DNA of 64,000 nucleotides from Acidobacteriota bacterium (GTDB lineage Bacteria; Acidobacteriota; Vicinamibacteria; Vicinamibacterales; CAVVIG01): NCBI GenBank assembly GCA_023265105.1, contig JAHFUJ010000001.1, positions 15,243 to 79,242 of the forward strand, read 5' to 3'. Shown piece by piece: positions 61,606 to 64,000 of this stretch (position 1 is its first letter; each line of letters starts with the position of its first letter). The notes under the pieces were generated by a model. It saw only the letters and a program-made list of their open reading frames with translations, ran no database searches and was not told where the DNA came from. The position numbers and the translations under genes were made by a program.

Positions 61606-63447
61606 ATGGTTCGACAACCTGACATCGTCTGCATCTCGTCGATCGACTGGGATTTCATCTGGCAGGGGCACCAGGAAATCATGTCGCGGCTGGCCGCCGA
61701 CGGACACCGGGTGCTCTTCGTCGAGAACACCGGCGTCCGCGCGCCGCACATGCGCGATCTGCCGCGTGTGCGCCAACGCATCCGCAACTGGTGGCGCGGC
61801 ACGAAGGGGTTCCGCGAAGAGCGTCCGAACCTGTTCGTGTACTCGCCGATCGTGGTCCCACTGCCGTACTCGCGCATCGCGCGCGTGCTCAATCGATTCC
61901 TGCTCGTGCGCGCGCTCGGCCGCTGGATGGGGGCGACCGGCTTCTTCCGGCCGATGGTCTGGACGTTCCTGCCGACGCCGCTCGCGCTCGACCTGGTGGA
62001 GGCGCTCGACCCGCAGTTAACGATTTATTACTGCATCGACGACCTCGCCTCGAGCTCGCCCGGAGCGAAACGGATCGCGGCGAGCGAGGAGCGGCTGTTC
62101 CGGCAGGCTGACCTGGTGTTCGTCACATCGGAGAAGCTCCGGCAGCGGGCGGCGCAGTTCAGTGACCGTGTACATCTCTTTCCGTTCGGTGTCGACTTCG
62201 AGCGCTTCGAGGAAGTGCGCGCGAGCGAAGCGCCGCTTCCCGATGATCTGCAGGATCTCCGGCGGCCGGTCGTGGGTTACGTCGGCGGCCTGCACCAGTG
62301 GGTCGATCAGGATCTGCTCGCGGCGGTCGCCGAGCGCATGCCCGACGCGACGTTCGCGCTCGTCGGACCCGCTCAGACCGATGTCTCGGCGCTCGAGCGC
62401 TGCGCGAACGTCCGCCTGCTCGGGCAGCGCCCGCATCCCGACGTTCCGCGATATGTCAAAGGCTTCGACGTGGGCATCGTGCCGTATCGTCTGGCGGAAT
62501 ATACGGCCAACGTCTATCCGACGAAGCTCAACGAATACCTCGTGATGGGCATTCCGATCGTCGCGACCGATCTGCCGGAAATCCAGCGCTTCAATGCTGC
62601 GTACGGGAACGTCGTCTCGGTGGCCGCCGACGCCGATGCGTTTTCGGCCGCGATTCGGCGGTCGCTCCGCCCGTCCACGCCGTCCGAAGTCAGGCGCCGC
62701 ATCGCGGTCGCCGAAGAGAATAGCTGGCAAGGCCGCCTCGAGGCGATGCGCCGGCTGATAAGCGAGGGGCTGAGTCGCCGCGAGGCGACCGACCAGCGCT
62801 GGGACGAGACGTTGCGCCGCGTCTACCGTCGCACGCGGAGCCGGGCGCTGCCGATCGCGCTGGTGCTCGGCCTCCTGTACGGGCTGGTGTTCGAGACCAA
62901 TGTCCTCTGGTGGTGCGCTCAACCGCTCAAGATGAGCGCTTCGCCGGGCAAGGCCGACGCGATCGTCGTGTTTGCCGGCGGGGTGGGCGAATCGGGGAAG
63001 GCTGGTGGCGGTGCGCAGGAACGGATCAAGCAGGCGGTCGACCTGTATCGCGCCGGCGACGCGCCGTACGTGATCCTGTCGTCAGGCTACGTGTACAGCT
63101 TCCACGAAGCCGACGTGATGCGCACACTCGCCGTCGATCAGGGTGTGCCCGCGGCGGCCATCGTGTTGGAAGAGCGCGCCACCAACACGTACCAGAACGT
63201 CAAATTCGTTGACGACATCCTGCGCGATCACCGCTGGCGGCGGATTCTCCTCGTCAGCTCGCCCTACCATATGCGACGCGCGCTGATGGTGTGGCGCAAG
63301 CAGGCGCCCGAGGTGGACGTCGTGCCGACGCCCCCGCCGCAGAGCCAGTTTTATGACCACACGCGCGGCGCAACGCTCGAACAGGTCCGCGGAATTCTGC
63401 AGGAGTACGTCGCGATCTTCGCGTACTGGCGGCGCGGATGGCTGTGA
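61606..63447 (+). CDS. Fusion: GT-B glycosyltransferase (TuaH/WbuB-like), TM segment, and DUF218 (YdcF/ElyC-like) domain
   Basis: GT part: 'DIVCISSIDWDFIWQGHQEIMSRLA', 'VVGYVGGLHQWVD', 'PTKLNEYLVMGIPIVATDL'. Hydrophobic segment: 'LPIALVLGLLYGLVF'. DUF218 part: 'ADAIVVFAGG', 'VILSSGY', 'EERATNTYQN', 'LLVSSPYHMRRA'. Confidence 0.8.
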   Translation: MVRQPDIVCISSIDWDFIWQGHQEIMSRLAADGHRVLFVENTGVRAPHMRDLPRVRQRIRNWWRGTKGFREERPNLFVYSPIVVPLPYSRIARVLNRFLLVRALGRWMGATGFFRPMVWTFLPTPLALDLVEALDPQLTIYYCIDDLASSSPGAKRIAASEERLFRQADLVFVTSEKLRQRAAQFSDRVHLFPFGVDFERFEEVRASEAPLPDDLQDLRRPVVGYVGGLHQWVDQDLLAAVAERMPDATFALVGPAQTDVSALERCANVRLLGQRPHPDVPRYVKGFDVGIVPYRLAEYTANVYPTKLNEYLVMGIPIVATDLPEIQRFNAAYGNVVSVAADADAFSAAIRRSLRPSTPSEVRRRIAVAEENSWQGRLEAMRRLISEGLSRREATDQRWDETLRRVYRRTRSRALPIALVLGLLYGLVFETNVLWWCAQPLKMSASPGKADAIVVFAGGVGESGKAGGGAQERIKQAVDLYRAGDAPYVILSSGYVYSFHEADVMRTLAVDQGVPAAAIVLEERATNTYQNVKFVDDILRDHRWRRILLVSSPYHMRRALMVWRKQAPEVDVVPTPPPQSQFYDHTRGATLEQVRGILQEYVAIFAYWRRGWL

Positions 63448-64000
63448 TCGCCGGGGGCTGGCGCAAGCTCCTCGCGATCAGTGTGCCGGCGGCAGCTCTT
63501 GCGGTCGTCGTCGTGGTCGGTGCCATCGAGCTGTGGGTGAGGGCTGCCTGGGATCCGCGAAAGGGAGAGCCCGGCTTCTTCCTGTCGGACGCCACGCGAG
63601 GGCTGCGGCTCGCTGCGGGATATGACGGATGGTTCGCCGGCGTGCCGGTGCACATCAACAGCCTCGAGCTGCGCGATCCCCGTGAGTACGAGCTGGCCAA
63701 GCGACTCAACACGTTCCGCATCCTCGTCCTCGGCGACTCGGTGACCTTTGGCCATGGCTCGGTGTACGAGCACACGTACCCGTACATGACGGAGCAGCGG
63801 CTCAAGGCGTGGCGCCCGGACGTCGACTGGCAGGTGTGGAACGCCGCCGTTCCCGGGTACAACACGAGTCAGGAGCTCGCGCAGCTCCTCGAGGTCGGCG
63901 ACCGATTCCGTCCCGACCTGGTCGTCGTTGGCTTCTTCGGGAACGACTTGATCGACAACTATCCGGTGCGGACACCCGGATGGTTGCGTACGGCGGCGAC
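63438..64000 (+). CDS. SGNH/GDSL hydrolase-family protein, N-terminal part (runs off the window); absent from the supplied ORF track
   Basis: My own translation from ATG 63438: MAVIAGGWRKLLAISVPAAALAVVVVVGAIELW...FRILVLGDSVTFGHG...VWNAAVPGYNTSQ...VVVGFFGNDL. These are canonical SGNH blocks I-III. There is no stop before nt 64000. It overlaps the upstream stop by 10 nt. Confidence 0.75.
   Translation, partial: MAVIAGGWRKLLAISVPAAALAVVVVVGAIELWVRAAWDPRKGEPGFFLSDATRGLRLAAGYDGWFAGVPVHINSLELRDPREYELAKRLNTFRILVLGDSVTFGHGSVYEHTYPYMTEQRLKAWRPDVDWQVWNAAVPGYNTSQELAQLLEVGDRFRPDLVVVGFFGNDLIDNYPVRTPGWLRTAA

Noticed and set aside
1..64000. Scan by eye for tRNA, rRNA, riboswitch-like leaders, toxin-antitoxin pairs and defence-system hallmarks.
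   Set aside because: I recognised none. Intergenic space is minimal and every sizeable ORF has a glycan-related or nadE assignment. A proper tRNAscan, Infernal or defence-HMM run would be needed to exclude them.

Overview
High-GC bacterial chromosomal window. By eye the flanks are in the high-60s % G+C; the REP-like motifs suggest Acidobacteriota, which is a low-confidence inference. Every credible gene, about 48 CDS, lies on the + strand, and many are joined by 1-10 nt start/stop overlaps (ATGA, GTGA, TGATG). The whole 64 kb reads as one giant surface-glycan biosynthesis, modification and export locus.

Recognisable content:
- wbpB/wbpD-like genes, a DegT aminotransferase, two UDP-sugar 6-dehydrogenases and two WecB 2-epimerases, together a candidate UDP-ManNAc3NAcA route.
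- A GDP-mannose 3,5-epimerase-like SDR and three further SDR epimerases.
- Two AsnB-type amidotransferases.
- A Wzm/Wzt ABC exporter.
- About ten GT-A/GT-B glycosyltransferases.
- Two polytopic GT-C-like proteins plus a Ppm1/GtrB-like GT2.
- Seven class-I methyltransferase domains plus one CmcI-like domain.
- A carbamoyltransferase-methyltransferase fusion followed by SxtJ/DUF5989-like mini-proteins.
- A heparinase II/III-like protein and a bi-domain oxidoreductase.
- Five to six membrane-anchored SGNH-like proteins.

nadE is embedded in the locus. A diverged duplicate of its last ~96 codons lies 14.7 kb downstream, and the two copies bracket a visibly AT-richer 12-gene block.

Other points worth a second look:
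- A tandem triplication of an SGNH-like gene.
- A tandem pair of GT-A proteins split by a ~400-aa insert.
- A ~100-aa module shared by four otherwise different enzymes.
- An orphan ClpX zinc-finger mini-protein.
- An in-frame 3 x 33-bp hairpin repeat inside a CDS.
- A broken formyltransferase-like gene.

I recognised no tRNA, rRNA, CRISPR array, integrase or transposase. All homology statements rest on motif recognition by eye and memory, not on database searches.
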